From Octopus vulgaris (taxonomy: Eukaryota), in assembly GCA_951406725.2 (NCBI GenBank), contig OX597815.1, positions 20,832,001 to 20,896,000 on the forward strand: DNA of 64,000 bases, read 5' to 3'. This document shows, piece after piece, positions 28,496 through 41,392 of this stretch. The position numbers and the translations under genes were made by a program. Each line of letters opens with the position of its first letter. Within the stretch, counting starts at the first letter, position 1. The notes under the pieces were generated by a model. It worked only from the letters and a program-made list of their open reading frames with translations, was not told where the DNA came from and did no database searches.

Positions 28496-29210
28496 ACGAT
28501 GGATTGGGTCTTTTGTTTGAGCATTGGATTCGATAATTGATGATATTTGTTCCGGTGTTCTGACTTAATCCGTTGCCTTACCTAATACTTGGATAATTTT
28601 AGAGGGGCATTCTCAGCGGCAAGCATTTGGGTCGATTACGTTTCCGGTTTCAGGATAACTACCTGATCAAGAATAAATCTCGGAGGCACCGAAAAAGAAA
28701 AGACCAGCAAAAAAAAGGACGCTGACATTCATTCTGTGAAAAAGCGGTAAAAAGAGAAAAGTTAGTGTTGACCGGTTTTGAATATATAACGCAAAGAAAC
28801 AGCAACTACTACCATTTTGTATATCGATCTAGCGAGTTTATCGTCCTTGAAAATAATTTCAATATGAATTTCTAGACTGAAATCAATACGGAAACAGAGT
28901 GTTCAACATGAATTCTATATGAATTCTACTAAATTCTGCTGAATGACGTGCTACTTCCCACTAAAGTATTATCTTAACCGAAAGAAGACTGAATGGCAGA
29001 ACTGGTAGAGCAACAGATAAGTACTAGTCACATGCGAGATCATCATGTCAAAGTGGACAGTTAACCTATTTGGATTAACCTATTTGGGTTACAAATTTAC
29101 TGTGGCTGAATAGAATATTCTTTCCATAAACACGCTAATATCCGATATTAGGAGCTTTCAGTCGGTAGCATTGTATCTGCCACTTGCTTGCAAATAATAA
29201 TAACGAAAGA

Positions 29211-29257
<47 letters not shown>

Positions 29258-29258
<1 letters not shown>

Positions 29259-29785
29259 GCATTGGCTCACATGGCTTCTGATCATAACTGATTTAGAAGT
29301 GTTAACATGTACATGTTTTGTTTCAGTATACAATCTGGTTACAGCAAATATACTCATCAATACCAGTTTCGCTTGTCAGTTGTTTGACCATAACGAGTTA
29401 ATCATGTCCCTTTAGTGGCTGATGATATGTACGTCTCTGATCACGAGTAGTGGAGGAGAATCATAGCCATATGTCGAGAGGAATTCTTTGAGGTTTGAAC
29501 AATTTGCCTCTGGAAACATGGGTGTTTCTTCGTTCAACATCCTTGAACAACCTTTATTCAGGTGGTTACTCTACCTGAAGAAAATTCTAACTGGGCCCCC
29601 CCACCTGCAAGGTCATACGCTGTTTATCTTGATATGAGATCACCATGTCGCGCAGATATAGCTGTGACCCATGAGCCTGGTGTAGCCTGGTGTAGCCTTA
29701 TCAGATAGGTAGTCATGATGGGTAGGCTTGACTCCATATATTTTACCCCAGTCTCACTTTGATGGCATGAACTGCTCTCTCACAC
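29258..29785 (+). mobile_element. Unclassified non-coding retroposon-like repeat with (AAT)n tail
   Basis: Bounded by (AGT)n and ends CTCTCTCACAC-(AAT)n; no ORF. Confidence 0.45.
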
Positions 29786-29821
<36 letters not shown>

Positions 29822-29822
<1 letters not shown>

Positions 29823-31255
29823 GGTGTGTTAGTCTTGAAGAGGGTCAAAATCAAATGTATGGATGGGCTAACGGTACCGTTATGACAGAAAGAAATGACA
29901 GAAAAATTTAAGGTGAAGTACTTGCACAGACTGAGATTGATACTCAAGTCGAAATTAAACGCACGGAATAAGACCGAAGCTATCAACACGTGGGCGGTTT
30001 CACTCCTTTAAGTACTTGGGGATGTTGGAAATGGATAAATTGATGGAGAAATAAATGACAGAAAATTATAAGGTGGAGTACTTACGCAGACTGAGACTGA
30101 TCCTTAAGTTGAAATTTAACAGACGGAATAAGATTGAAGCTATCAAAACCAGGGGTAATCACATGGAAAGTAGACGAACTAAACAGCTTAGACACAAAGA
30201 AAGACAGGGAAGTTGCTAACTAGATATAGGATACTCCAACTAAAATGTGACAAGACAAACTGTATGTACCAAGAAAAAAAGAGGGAAGAGGACTTATTGG
30301 ATGCGAACACAGCATTAGTAGAGTAGAAAACAACATAGCATGGTATGTAAAAAGTGCTGCGGAACCGATATTGTTGGAAGTAAGAAGGCCAAGCTTGTGT
30401 AGAATGGAAGAATGCAAAGATAAAGCAATGTACAAGATCTTGAGAGAGAACGAAACCGAAAATAGGTGGATAAAGAAAATAATGCATGGACAATGGCTGT
30501 GTATGACTAAAAGTGATTTAAAACCGGAAACGGCAGCTCTAATCGGTGCAGCCCAAGAGTAAGCACTAAAAACAAACTACATAAAATACAGTATAGACAA
30601 CACATCAGAAAGTGATAAGTACAGAATTTGTAGACAAAACGGTGAAACCGTATGGCATATTACCAGACAATGTACGCCACTGGCCCAGTAAAAATATGAG
30701 AGACGCCACGACAATATAGACAGGCTTGTCCATTGGACACTTTGCAACAAGTATGGACTTGACAGAGCAAAATAAACAAACAAGCCTGAAGGCATCGTCG
30801 AAAATGGAAATGCAAAGATACTATCGGATTTTATGATTCAGTGCGACCATGAGATAGAGAATAGGATGCCAGATATAGTTTTAATTGAGAAAGAAAACAA
30901 ACTCTGCTGGATCATATATATAGCATGCCCAGCTGACAACAAGGTATGCGATAAGGAGGAAAGAAAAGAAGATAGGTACGATAGGCTAGCTTGGGAGGTT
31001 AAGCAATTGGTGGTCGATGAAAAAGGTGGCAGTAGTACCAATAATTGTCGGAGCCCTGTGAACAGTGAGTAAAAATCTTGAGAAGTACATGGAATAAATA
31101 GGGGCTGCAATAAGGGTGGAGCACTTGCAGTACTGCTTGGATCCGCTCGAATGCTCCGGAAGGTGCTTGAAAAATAAGAGGTGTTACCTTAGTTCACTGG
31201 TAGTGAACAGCTGATACCGTAGTCCATCTCCAGCGTTAGAAACCGTGCAAAGGCA
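29822..31255 (+). mobile_element. 5'-truncated R4/Dong-like non-LTR retrotransposon (decayed)
   Basis: RLRLILKSKLNARNKTEAINTWAVS, GRGL, MHGQ, AAQE, degenerate CCHC, YERRHD, MIQCDHEIENRMPDIVLIEK (restriction-like endonuclease); (AAT)n on both sides. Confidence 0.92.
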
Positions 31256-31260
31256 ATAAC

Positions 31261-31315
<55 letters not shown>

Positions 31316-31497
31316 CACATGCTCATGTATTTGTGTGTGTGTGTATATATGTGTCTGTGCATCTGAATAATTTATACGTGTTCTTGTGAGACTATAGAAT
31401 CAAACCATTGTTCTTCATCTCAACACGTCTTGTTAATGGGTGCACCGTTCTTCATCGCAGAAACAGCAGTAAGCCAATGAATGTAATGATCTAAATC

Positions 31498-31745
31498 AGT
31501 GGTTCCCAAACTTTTTGGGGGCTGCCGAGTCCTTGACATCCAGGCCTAGTTCCCCCACCCCAGCTAACCATCACAAAAACATAGACCTCTTTCTGAAGCA
31601 AATTCAAAGCAACTGTATTTCACAAATACAATTTAACCTAATGAACCCGTTATTTTGTTGTTTTTACATGAATCACTACCCCATTATTACCCCCACTTTT
31701 TACATGAACCGCTACCCCATTATCGCCCCACTTTTCTTCAACGCG
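31498..31745 (+). mobile_element. hAT/Charlie-like terminus with an internal ~38-bp tandem duplication
   Basis: CAGTGGTTCCCAAACTTTT start; TTTTTACATGAA..CTACCCCATTAT..CCCCAC twice; no second TIR seen. Confidence 0.5.
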
Positions 31746-31765
31746 ACCTTAGAACTTTCCGCAAG

Positions 31766-32042
31766 TTGAGAAAGACACCAAAAGCTCTGCCTGCAGTCAC
31801 CAAGGTGGAGCTAGTAACCAAGATCAAAGAGGTGTTCGAAGATCTGCTCAGGGACACACTGAGGAATGTATGCATCTGTTTTCCGAGGCTACCTTGACAC
31901 TACGAGGGAAGCAGGAACAACTACTTTGAATAAGCTGTTATCTTCCAGTCATAATTTAATTGATAATTTTAGCTATTTTAAAAATACTTTGGATGGGATA
32001 TTGTTTTTACTTTTACTCAAAATGTCAAATATTGCCCGAACA
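31766..32042 (+). mobile_element. Tc1/mariner transposase C-terminal remnant and end
   Basis: VEKDT..TKVELVTKIKEVFEDLLRDTLRNVC..FRGYL, typical of the Tc1/mariner C-terminus. Confidence 0.7.
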
Positions 32043-32056
32043 CACACACACACACA

Positions 32057-32178
<122 letters not shown>

Positions 32179-32399
32179 TGTGTGTGTGTGTGTGTGCGTG
32201 CGCATATGTCTTTATGGAATCTCCCATCAAAGACAACGTCTGTATACTTTTGCTTGAACGATCTGCAAGCACCTCTTGAGGCAGCGTCGATCTGATGGAG
32301 CGAGTGAGCTATTTAATCATCATACATTTAATCATCATACACAAATCATTTCACATATGATTTGTTTATAGTGATCAAATGTATGCATTTTACATTAGC

Positions 32400-32593
32400 T
32401 CACTTCTTCCATGAAATAGAAGTTGCCTGAAAAGGTGCACGCTTTACCAGACGTCAGGTGCCAAAATTATTGCAGAACAACGCGAGATGAATTGTTTTGC
32501 TCAAGAACTAAACGTACCACCCAGTGCAGAAATTTAAACCATTATGTCGAGATCATGAGTGCAACTCTGTAATCATTAGGTCATGCACCCTCA
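32400..32593 (-). mobile_element. Old tRNA/CORE-like SINE
   Basis: Minus strand GGTGCATGACCTAATGATTA...GTTCTTGAGCAAAACA. Confidence 0.55.
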
Positions 32594-33027
32594 TATGTAC
32601 ATACAAATATATGAAATATTTTTCATCAAACTATCAAAATGCCAACGCCTCAGTAATATATACAATATGTTTTAAACGGAGAAAATATATTAATTTAAAC
32701 CTCGACTGTATTTTGATGTTCCTGAGATAACACGGAAGCCGACGACTGAATGTAGATATCCGAGAAAGGCAACACGAACAGCGAGTGTTGTGGGCGGACC
32801 TAATCGTATAGGAGTAGTAAAAGCAAATACTTTTGATATACAGAGAAAATTCTTTACACGAAAAGCAACTTAGGAAAGGGATCGATAAACATGAAATGAA
32901 TTCATGAGTGCAATAATATAATGAAGTATGATAATGACTGAAACGAAAGTACAATAGAACATAAAATGATGTCATACTGTATGTATGTATGTATGTATGT
33001 ATGTATGTATGTATGTACGTAAACTAT

Positions 33028-33195
33028 TGGTCTTGATGATGAAATTTCGTAAAGAATCAGCGAGGCCACTAGTGACTTTGGCAAGCTTGACAAGCGTCTC
33101 TGGTCATGTCATAATTTATCTTTCCAAATTAAAGTTGAGGTTTATAGCTCGTGTACTGCCAACGTTGCCCTATGAAAGTAAGTGAGACATGGGTT
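33028..33195 (+). mobile_element. RTE-like LINE fragment
   Basis: LDDEIS*RISEATSDFGKLDKRLW; VLPTLPYES..ETW. Confidence 0.75.
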
Positions 33196-33526
33196 GTTTG
33201 GATGTTGAATGTGTCTAGAGGCAGACTCAACATCCAAACTTTATCTACCCATTCCTACAGAACAATGGAGCTAGCATGTAGGATATCGTAGCCTCTTGAC
33301 AGAAACGGACGTAAGGAACTGATCTTTAAATCTTTTACTCTTTCTTGTATTACTAGTATATATTTGTGTAGCACACAGTCTTTGCATGTGTATGTATTCT
33401 TATAATACTCTCTTTTGTTTTGGAATAAATAAACATAATAGAATGTCTACCGGCTGATGTATGTCATTTTTCTATCCCCTCCATTTTCTTTTTGCCGTGT
33501 ATGTATATATATATATATATATATAA

Positions 33527-34183
<657 letters not shown>

Positions 34184-34197
34184 GTGGGTTCGAGGTC

Positions 34198-34463
<266 letters not shown>

Positions 34464-34474
34464 GGTAAGACAGA

Positions 34475-34830
34475 TTCAGAAGATGTGTGCAAAGCGGATC
34501 AGCTCCTGAACATAAGATTTGTTGATCTCAGAAAGGTTTTTAACACTTGTGTCCATTTTCATATTGGCATACCGTCGAGTGGTCTTTTGCTATGTTCCAA
34601 AAGACTATCAAACAACGTTATTAAGCGCAAATATGGTGGCAAATTGTACAACATTCCCAAATTTCAAGCAAAGCGTGCGGTTAAACAGCCTACTATGTGT
34701 GAACTGTTTGCAGATGTTTGTAGGTCTTTTGTAGAAGATGAGGCCAGTATGCAAGTACGTTCACGTTATCATCATAGAACTGTATCAACTTTGGCTTCGC
34801 TATAAGTACAGCAAAAACAGAATTACTGCA
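34475..34830 (+). mobile_element. RTE-like RT fragment
   Basis: FVDLRKVFNT and GKLYNIPKFQAKRAV..ELFAD resemble RTE RT motifs. Confidence 0.7.
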
Positions 34831-35704
34831 TCAATCTTACTCGAGAATGCGTATTGTGTACAACTTCATTAATAATACATTGAACTGAGTTGAAAATATA
34901 GACAATTTTGAGTATATACATGTTTATTCGAAATATCGCTATGTATCTTTCTGCCTGTCTCATATATACATGCATTCACACACACACATATACATACATT
35001 GCTATGCGTACATATGTGCGTGAATCTGTATTCATATTTATATGTAATAATACATATAGTATATGCATATATATAGGTATATAAATGTCAGTATATATAC
35101 ATGCACATAAACACGCATACACACACATATATACGTATATATATGGAGATAAGGATAGAAAGTAATTGAAAAATATTACGCATGCTTAGATTCATGCCTA
35201 TTTATGTGTGTTTATTATGTTTTCCACCACTGTTTGTCTATTTATTAAATCAATTCATATTTATTAGAACATCTGAATTCTATCGCTAACTTCATCAACT
35301 ACATACAATTGGCCTCCATAAATTATCGGGACTGAACTTGGATCAACACATATTCAATATCTCGTGAAGATTTAAATGATTAATAGATATCATGGGTCTC
35401 ATTTATTTATATCTAAACGTTAGGATGTTGAAGGTGGTGTAAATGATATCAATTAGTTCTTAGAATTTATTGTATAAAGTTCACTGTATCACATTTTTGA
35501 TTGTATTCGACAATAAGGTCATACTTGCCTTTCATCTTTATGTGATCGATATCATAATACCAATAATATAATGGGACTGAACGATAGATCATATCTCTTC
35601 CTAAAAGAGCCTTGAGCCTACTCAAAAATTATTTATTTGCGGCATGAATCTGTTGAATCTGTATTTTTATATACTGCTTAATGCAGAAGAAATATATGTT
35701 TAAG

Positions 35705-35895
35705 TCTTGGCGGGGGAAATGCTTAACGCCATTACGTCTGTCTTTACGTTCTGAGTTCAAATTCTACCAAGGTCGAATTTTCATTTAATCTCTTTGGAGT
35801 CAATAAAATAAGTATCAGTTGAACACTGGGGTTGTTGTAATCGGCATTCCCTCTCCCCCGAAATTGCTGCTCTTGTGCCAAAATCTGAAACCATC
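35705..35895 (+). mobile_element. SINE type B, 5'-truncated
   Basis: GAAATGCTTA..TTCTGAGTTCAAATT..ATAAGTATCAGTTG. Confidence 0.8.
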
Positions 35896-36313
35896 ATTAT
35901 ACGTTTAAATTCAGAAATTGTTCATTGCTCAGAAATATTATTTCTAAAGTTATTTCATAATACGACCCAAGAAATTGATTGAACTACAAACAAATCTTGT
36001 TATATTGGAGACAATTCGATTGAATCCCGTCTTAAAGAAAATTTTCTTATTTCGCTTGTATAGATGATTACACAACACATGAATACTCCAAAGCCTGAAG
36101 AGGAAATAATCTTCATTTAAACTATACACCTTCATCTCTGTTGTAATCCTTGTCGGAAATAAATCAGGTATTAAATTGTTACTTTTCTAAACTGATTATT
36201 TTTGTTGCACAAATTTTCATTTTCACTATAGATGTAATTTCGAAATATTTCATAGTAGTTATTAAAGACTGTTTGTAGACACTGTTGTTTCTTCACAACA
36301 CCACAGTGTGATA

Positions 36314-36697
36314 TGGAAGCACTCCGTCGGTTACGACGACGAGGGTTCCGGTTGATCCGAATCAACGGAACAGCCTGCTCGTGAAATTAAAGTGTAAGTG
36401 GCTGAGCACTCCACAGACACGTGTACCCTTAACGTAGTTCTCGGGGATATTCAGCGTGACACAGAGAGTGACAAGGCCGGCCCTTTGAAATACAGGTACA
36501 ACAGAAACAGGAAGTAAGAGTGAGAGAAAGTTGTGGTGAAAGAGTACAGCAGGGATCACCACCATCCCCTGCCGGAGCCTCGTGGAGCTTTTAGGTGTTT
36601 TCGCTCAATAAACACTCACAACGCCCGGTCTGGGAATCGAAACCGCGATCCTATGACCGCGAGTCCGCTGCCCTAACCACTGGGCCATTGCGCCTCC
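36314..36697 (-). mobile_element. SINE type C with 11-bp TSD
   Basis: CAGTGTGATAT at 36304-36314 and 36702-36712; inverted near-identical copy of 24173-24556. Confidence 0.95.
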
Positions 36698-36861
36698 ACT
36701 TCAGTGTGATATAAGCTACTGTGCGATATTGATGGTCATGACATTTACACATAACCATCAAAAGCCAACCAATTAACTGTAAGTAGATACTACAGTGCTA
36801 TATGACTCAGTAAACCATTTCAGTGGCAAAGACGCGTAAACAGTTTAGTCCACCAAGCTCT

Positions 36862-36904
<43 letters not shown>

Positions 36905-37289
36905 TGTGTCAGTGTAGCATAGAGTAGTATTCTGTCCTGTCCTACGTCCATGTTCAAGTCGTTTGATTATCAATAGTCCCTTCTATTCAACTGTACATAA
37001 ATATAGTAAATAATATGGTTTGGTATAATTCTGTTTTGTATCCATGACTATTCACCTTCATCAGCCCAGTCTACCTAGCTGTCAGTAACTACCAAGATGT
37101 TTCAACACCCACGCTGTACTGTATCTTTCAATGACTTTAATGTCTGATCATCTGGTAATTGGATGCCTTCGGTATTAACTACCTGTCCCCTCCCCATGAC
37201 TAATATTGCACATCCCTAAGTGACACAGTTTAGCTTGTAATATATAGTTTCCAGAAAGTAATAATTAGTTAGCTTGTTATTATTATTAA

Positions 37290-37687
37290 GGCGGCGAGCT
37301 GGCAGAAACGTTAGCACTCCGGGCGAAATGCTTTATGGTATTTCGTCCGCCGTTGCATTCTGAGTTCAAATCCCGCCGAGGTCGACTTTGCCTTTCATCC
37401 TTTCGGGGTCGATAAATTATGTACCAGTCACGCACTGGAGTCGATATAATCGACTTAATACCTGTGTCTGTCCTTGTTTGTCCCTTCTATGTTTAACTCC
37501 TTGTGGGTAGTAAAGAAATAGGTATTTCGTCTGCCGCTACGTTCTGAGTTCAAATACTGCTGAGGTCGATTTTGCCTTTTATCCTTTCAGGGTCAATAAA
37601 TTAAGAACCAGTGAAACAGTGGGGTCGGTATAGTCGACTAGTTCCCACCCCGCAAATTCCAGGCCTTGTGCCTTTAGTAGAAAGAAT
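37290..37687 (+). mobile_element. SINE type B dimer
   Basis: Junction AAAGAAATAG|GTATTTCG at 37521/2; (ATT)n flanks. Confidence 0.92.
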
Positions 37688-37702
37688 TATTATTATTATA
37701 AA

Positions 37703-37918
37703 GGCGGTGAGCTGGCAAAATCATTAGCACAGCGGGTGAAATACTTAGCGGTACTTCGTCCGTTCTTCCGTTCTGAGTTCAAATTCCGACGAGGTTGACT
37801 TTGCCTTTCATCCTTTTTCGGGGTCTTTAAATTAAGTACCAGTGAAATACGGACGTCAATGTAATCGAGTAATCCCCTCCCCACAAATTTCGGACCTCGA
37901 GCCTTTAGTAGAAAAGAT
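37703..37918 (+). mobile_element. SINE type B monomer inserted in the previous tail
   Basis: Full head GGCGGTGAGCTGGCA, short 3' end. Confidence 0.9.
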
Positions 37919-37969
37919 TAATCTTTTTCTTCTCCTTCTTCTTCTTATTATTATTATTATTATTTTATA

Positions 37970-39450
37970 TACAACTGAGTAAACTGTTGGAAAAGAAAAA
38001 TTCCTAACAAGAAATCTTATATGCCAAGAACCCTCCTAAGAATTTTAGTTGTCCCTAACGATACTGTTTTCAGGAGCTGTACTAAACTAGATTTTATGCC
38101 TATTTCTTCTAACTAAATGTTCAAATCTACAACTACAGGGATACATTTTACCTACACTTTCCATAGTCTCTGTAACTCAATAGCAAGGTCCTGGTACTTT
38201 GTTATTTTCTCTATACCGCTCATTAACTTTTTCCTCATTTGGGACTCTAAAGGCAATTATATGGCACTTCCTATTCTCTTTGTTGACTTCTACTAAATCA
38301 GGCTTTCTAGCTTTTATTACTCTATCCGTTTGACTGTTGAAGTCCCCCTACATCTTAGGTTTCTTGCTTTCTTGTACTTTACTAGGTTCATGTTCATACC
38401 ATTTATCAGTATGGTCAAATCCTAGTTTTCTACATTACCCCCAGTGGTTTACTCTCCCTAGGTTGCCATGTCTTTTCTTGTATTCTTTCTGTGCCATTAT
38501 GCTACATTCACTTACTATATGAGTAATACTTTGCTCTTTTGATTTGCATAGCCTACATTGGAATCTACTTGTTTTTTTGTCTATTCCAGTATTTTGGCTT
38601 TTATCCAATAAGTCCTTACTACTTGATCTTGTTTCCTAACTTGTTCAGTTTCCAGGCTTCTATTTTACTCAGATCTTATCTTAAATTCTTCACTTTATTT
38701 TGTAGTCTCTTTTTCCACATTTGCCCTTTTTTAATCTTTTTCTGTGAGCTATCTAATCTTCTAGTGACTACTTGCCCCTCCTGCATAGATCAATAAGTTA
38801 GTGTCTCCTATATTTTTTGTATCTATCCTACTAATAACAGAATTTACTTTCCTAATCATTTCTAGCAGCTTCCCTCTGTTGGTGCCTTTTAATGCTGGCA
38901 ATCTTTTCGTCCTTCTCATTACTTCCTGTAACTCATCTAAAATCTTCTGGTCTTCCTCACTTTGTCACTGGAGCCAGTTGTCCCTTTCTTATTGGGAGCA
39001 CTGTTAATATTTTTTTCCTTTAGGTTCTTCTTTGGTCTGAGCTGTATCTCTTATGTTGTTGCTTGTATTTCCTTCTGCCTGGTCTTTCTTTTTCAGTTCT
39101 TTTCTGATCTCTTCTACCTCCAATTCTATCATCCACTTTCTTCTCCTAAAAGCATTAGCTTGATCTTCTAATGTCTGCTCAGTAACTTTAAACATACCCT
39201 TCTCTACCCAAAGTGTTAACATCCATTTTCTATAGCCCGTTCTTTTAGGTTCATTTTCTAAATAGCACATCACTATCCTGTTTTCTTCGCTAGTGTACTT
39301 CCTCCTCCTTACTCTGTTATCTTCTGATGCTGTATTAGGATAACCATTGCCGAGCGAGAGGCCTTCTCTTAAAGGTCCAGCTTCATTTTCGCTGTTACAA
39401 TCAGAATTTCTTCGAAAACTCCTGTTTCTCATAAACTGAGGTGGCGTAAC
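37970..39450 (-). mobile_element. Internally deleted R4/Dong-like element lacking RT
   Basis: N-terminal RRKYTSEENRIVMCY..GYRKWM..VTEQTLEDQ; joins directly to the QDQ/CCHC region and DFNSQTDRVIKARKPDL endonuclease; (AAT)n tail. Confidence 0.85.
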
Positions 39451-39454
39451 GTGC

Positions 39455-39823
39455 GGCACCAACAGAGGGAAGCTGCTAGAAATGACTAGGAAAGTAAATT
39501 CTGTTATCAGTAGGATAGACACTAAAACTATAGGAGACACCAAAATACTGATCTATGAAGGAGGGGCAAGTAGTCACTGGAAGATTAGATATCTCACAGA
39601 GAAAGATTAAAAAAGAATACATGTGGAAAAAGAAACTACAAAATATAGAGAAGACTTTAAGATAAGATCTGAGTAAAATAGAAGCCTGGAAACTGAACAA
39701 GTTAGGAAACAAGATCAAGCATTAAGGAATAATTGGATAAAAGCCAAAATACCAAAATAGACAAAAATAAAACAAGTAGATTACCAGTGTAGGCTATGCA
39801 AATCAAAAGAGGAAAGTATTACT
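39455..39823 (+). mobile_element. Inverted second fragment of the same deleted Dong family
   Basis: Diverged reverse complement of 38522-38886. Confidence 0.85.
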
Positions 39824-40608
39824 AATATTTTTTGACATTTGTTAGTTCAAGCAACTTTCCATTGCATCATTTGTTGCACCTTTGTGCTGGTATGGTGATG
39901 TGCTGCCTTTTTTGTGGGGGATATTGTATTGTATTAATATGTTTTATGGGGTTTGGTTTGAGTCTTCTGTTGTGTTAGTTTTTGTATTGTGCGTTTGTGC
40001 AGCGCAGGGGGTCCTTCTGTCGGGTATCGACCGTCTATGGCACATGTGAGCTTTGTTCATTTTGTTCGTTATTTACGGTATAAGTTTATTCCTGTATGTA
40101 TTCTATAGAGTGTGTTAATCATAAATCAACTATTTCATAGTATTTATGGTTATCTCTCCACCGTTCTTTCTCTTTTTGTTAGTTTTGTTATGGTTCGTTT
40201 TTACAGCGTTTACTTTTTTAACTGAACACCGCCCATGAACATATATTGATCTCTCTTTCGTAGTTATAATTATTATTGATGTATTGGCGAGAGACCGAAA
40301 AGAAAACAGCAATATGCATATATGTAGAGAGAGGTCTTGTATAAATATGGATGTATATGTAATTAAAATTTTACTCACATGTTTGCAGTTTTCGTATAGA
40401 AACATTGCAGTATTTACATTTTACGCACATGTTACTGTCTAGAGGGAAACTATTTTTTGTATATATATGTATATACTCCATGTAAGAAAAATCTTTCAGT
40501 TTCCTTCGATGGCTTACATTAACACAGTTTTCTTTCGTTGTTTTAACGCATTTTTAGACCAAAATGTGTCTATTGTTCTTTTATTATGCGCGTATTAAGA
40601 CATATGAA

Positions 40609-40922
40609 GGCGCATGGCTCAGTGGTCACGAACGCGAGTTGTGAGTTTGAATCCCGAACCGGGCTGCATGTTGTGTTCTTGGGCAAGACACTTTATTTGA
40701 CGTTGCTCCAGTTCACTCAGTTGTAGAAATGAGTTGCGACGTCACAGGTGCCAAGCTGTATCGGCCTTTGCCTTTCCCATGGATAACATCAGTGGTGTGG
40801 AGAGGGGAGACTGGTATGTATGGGCGACTGCTGGTCTTCCATAAACAACCTTGCTCGGACTTGTGCCCGGGAGGGTAACTTTCTCGGTGCAATCCCATGA
40901 TCAGTCATTCCGAAGAGGGTCT
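40609..40922 (+). mobile_element. tRNA/CORE-like SINE type D
   Basis: GGCGCATGGCTCAGTGG, GTTTGAATCCC, TGTGTTCTTGGGCAAGACACTTT..CACTCAG. Confidence 0.85.
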
Positions 40923-41164
40923 CGGCATCATTGAGACATCATATGAATATACAATGATCTTAGTACTTGGCTGGGGCTTTCATGAATGATCCTGGAGTAA
41001 TAACGGGAGAATTTGATCTCCTTTAAATTCAGATCGTAAAGGTCCGTAACAAATTGCCAAAAGACATTCTGTCAAACACTCAAACACTTCAGCCAATTTA
41101 TTCGATCTGATTAGGACCGCGATTAAAATGTTTTCAAGATAATTTTTCACAAATGTTAATATAT

Positions 41165-41392
41165 GTATGTGTGTGTTTGTGTGTCTGTGTTTGTCCCCCT
41201 AGCATTGCTTGACAACCGATGCTGGTATGTTTACGTCCCGTCACTTAGCGGTTCGGCAAAAGAGACCGATAGAATAAGTACTGGGCTTACAAAGAATAAG
41301 TCCCGGGGTCGATTGCTCGACTAAAGGCGGTGCTCCAGCATGGCCGCAGTCAAATGACTGAAACAAGTAAAAGAGTAAAAGAGTAAAAGAGT
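41165..41392 (+). mobile_element. SINE type A 3' half
   Basis: GACAACCGATGCTGG...CAGTCAAATGACTGAAACAA(GTAAAAGA)3. Confidence 0.92.
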
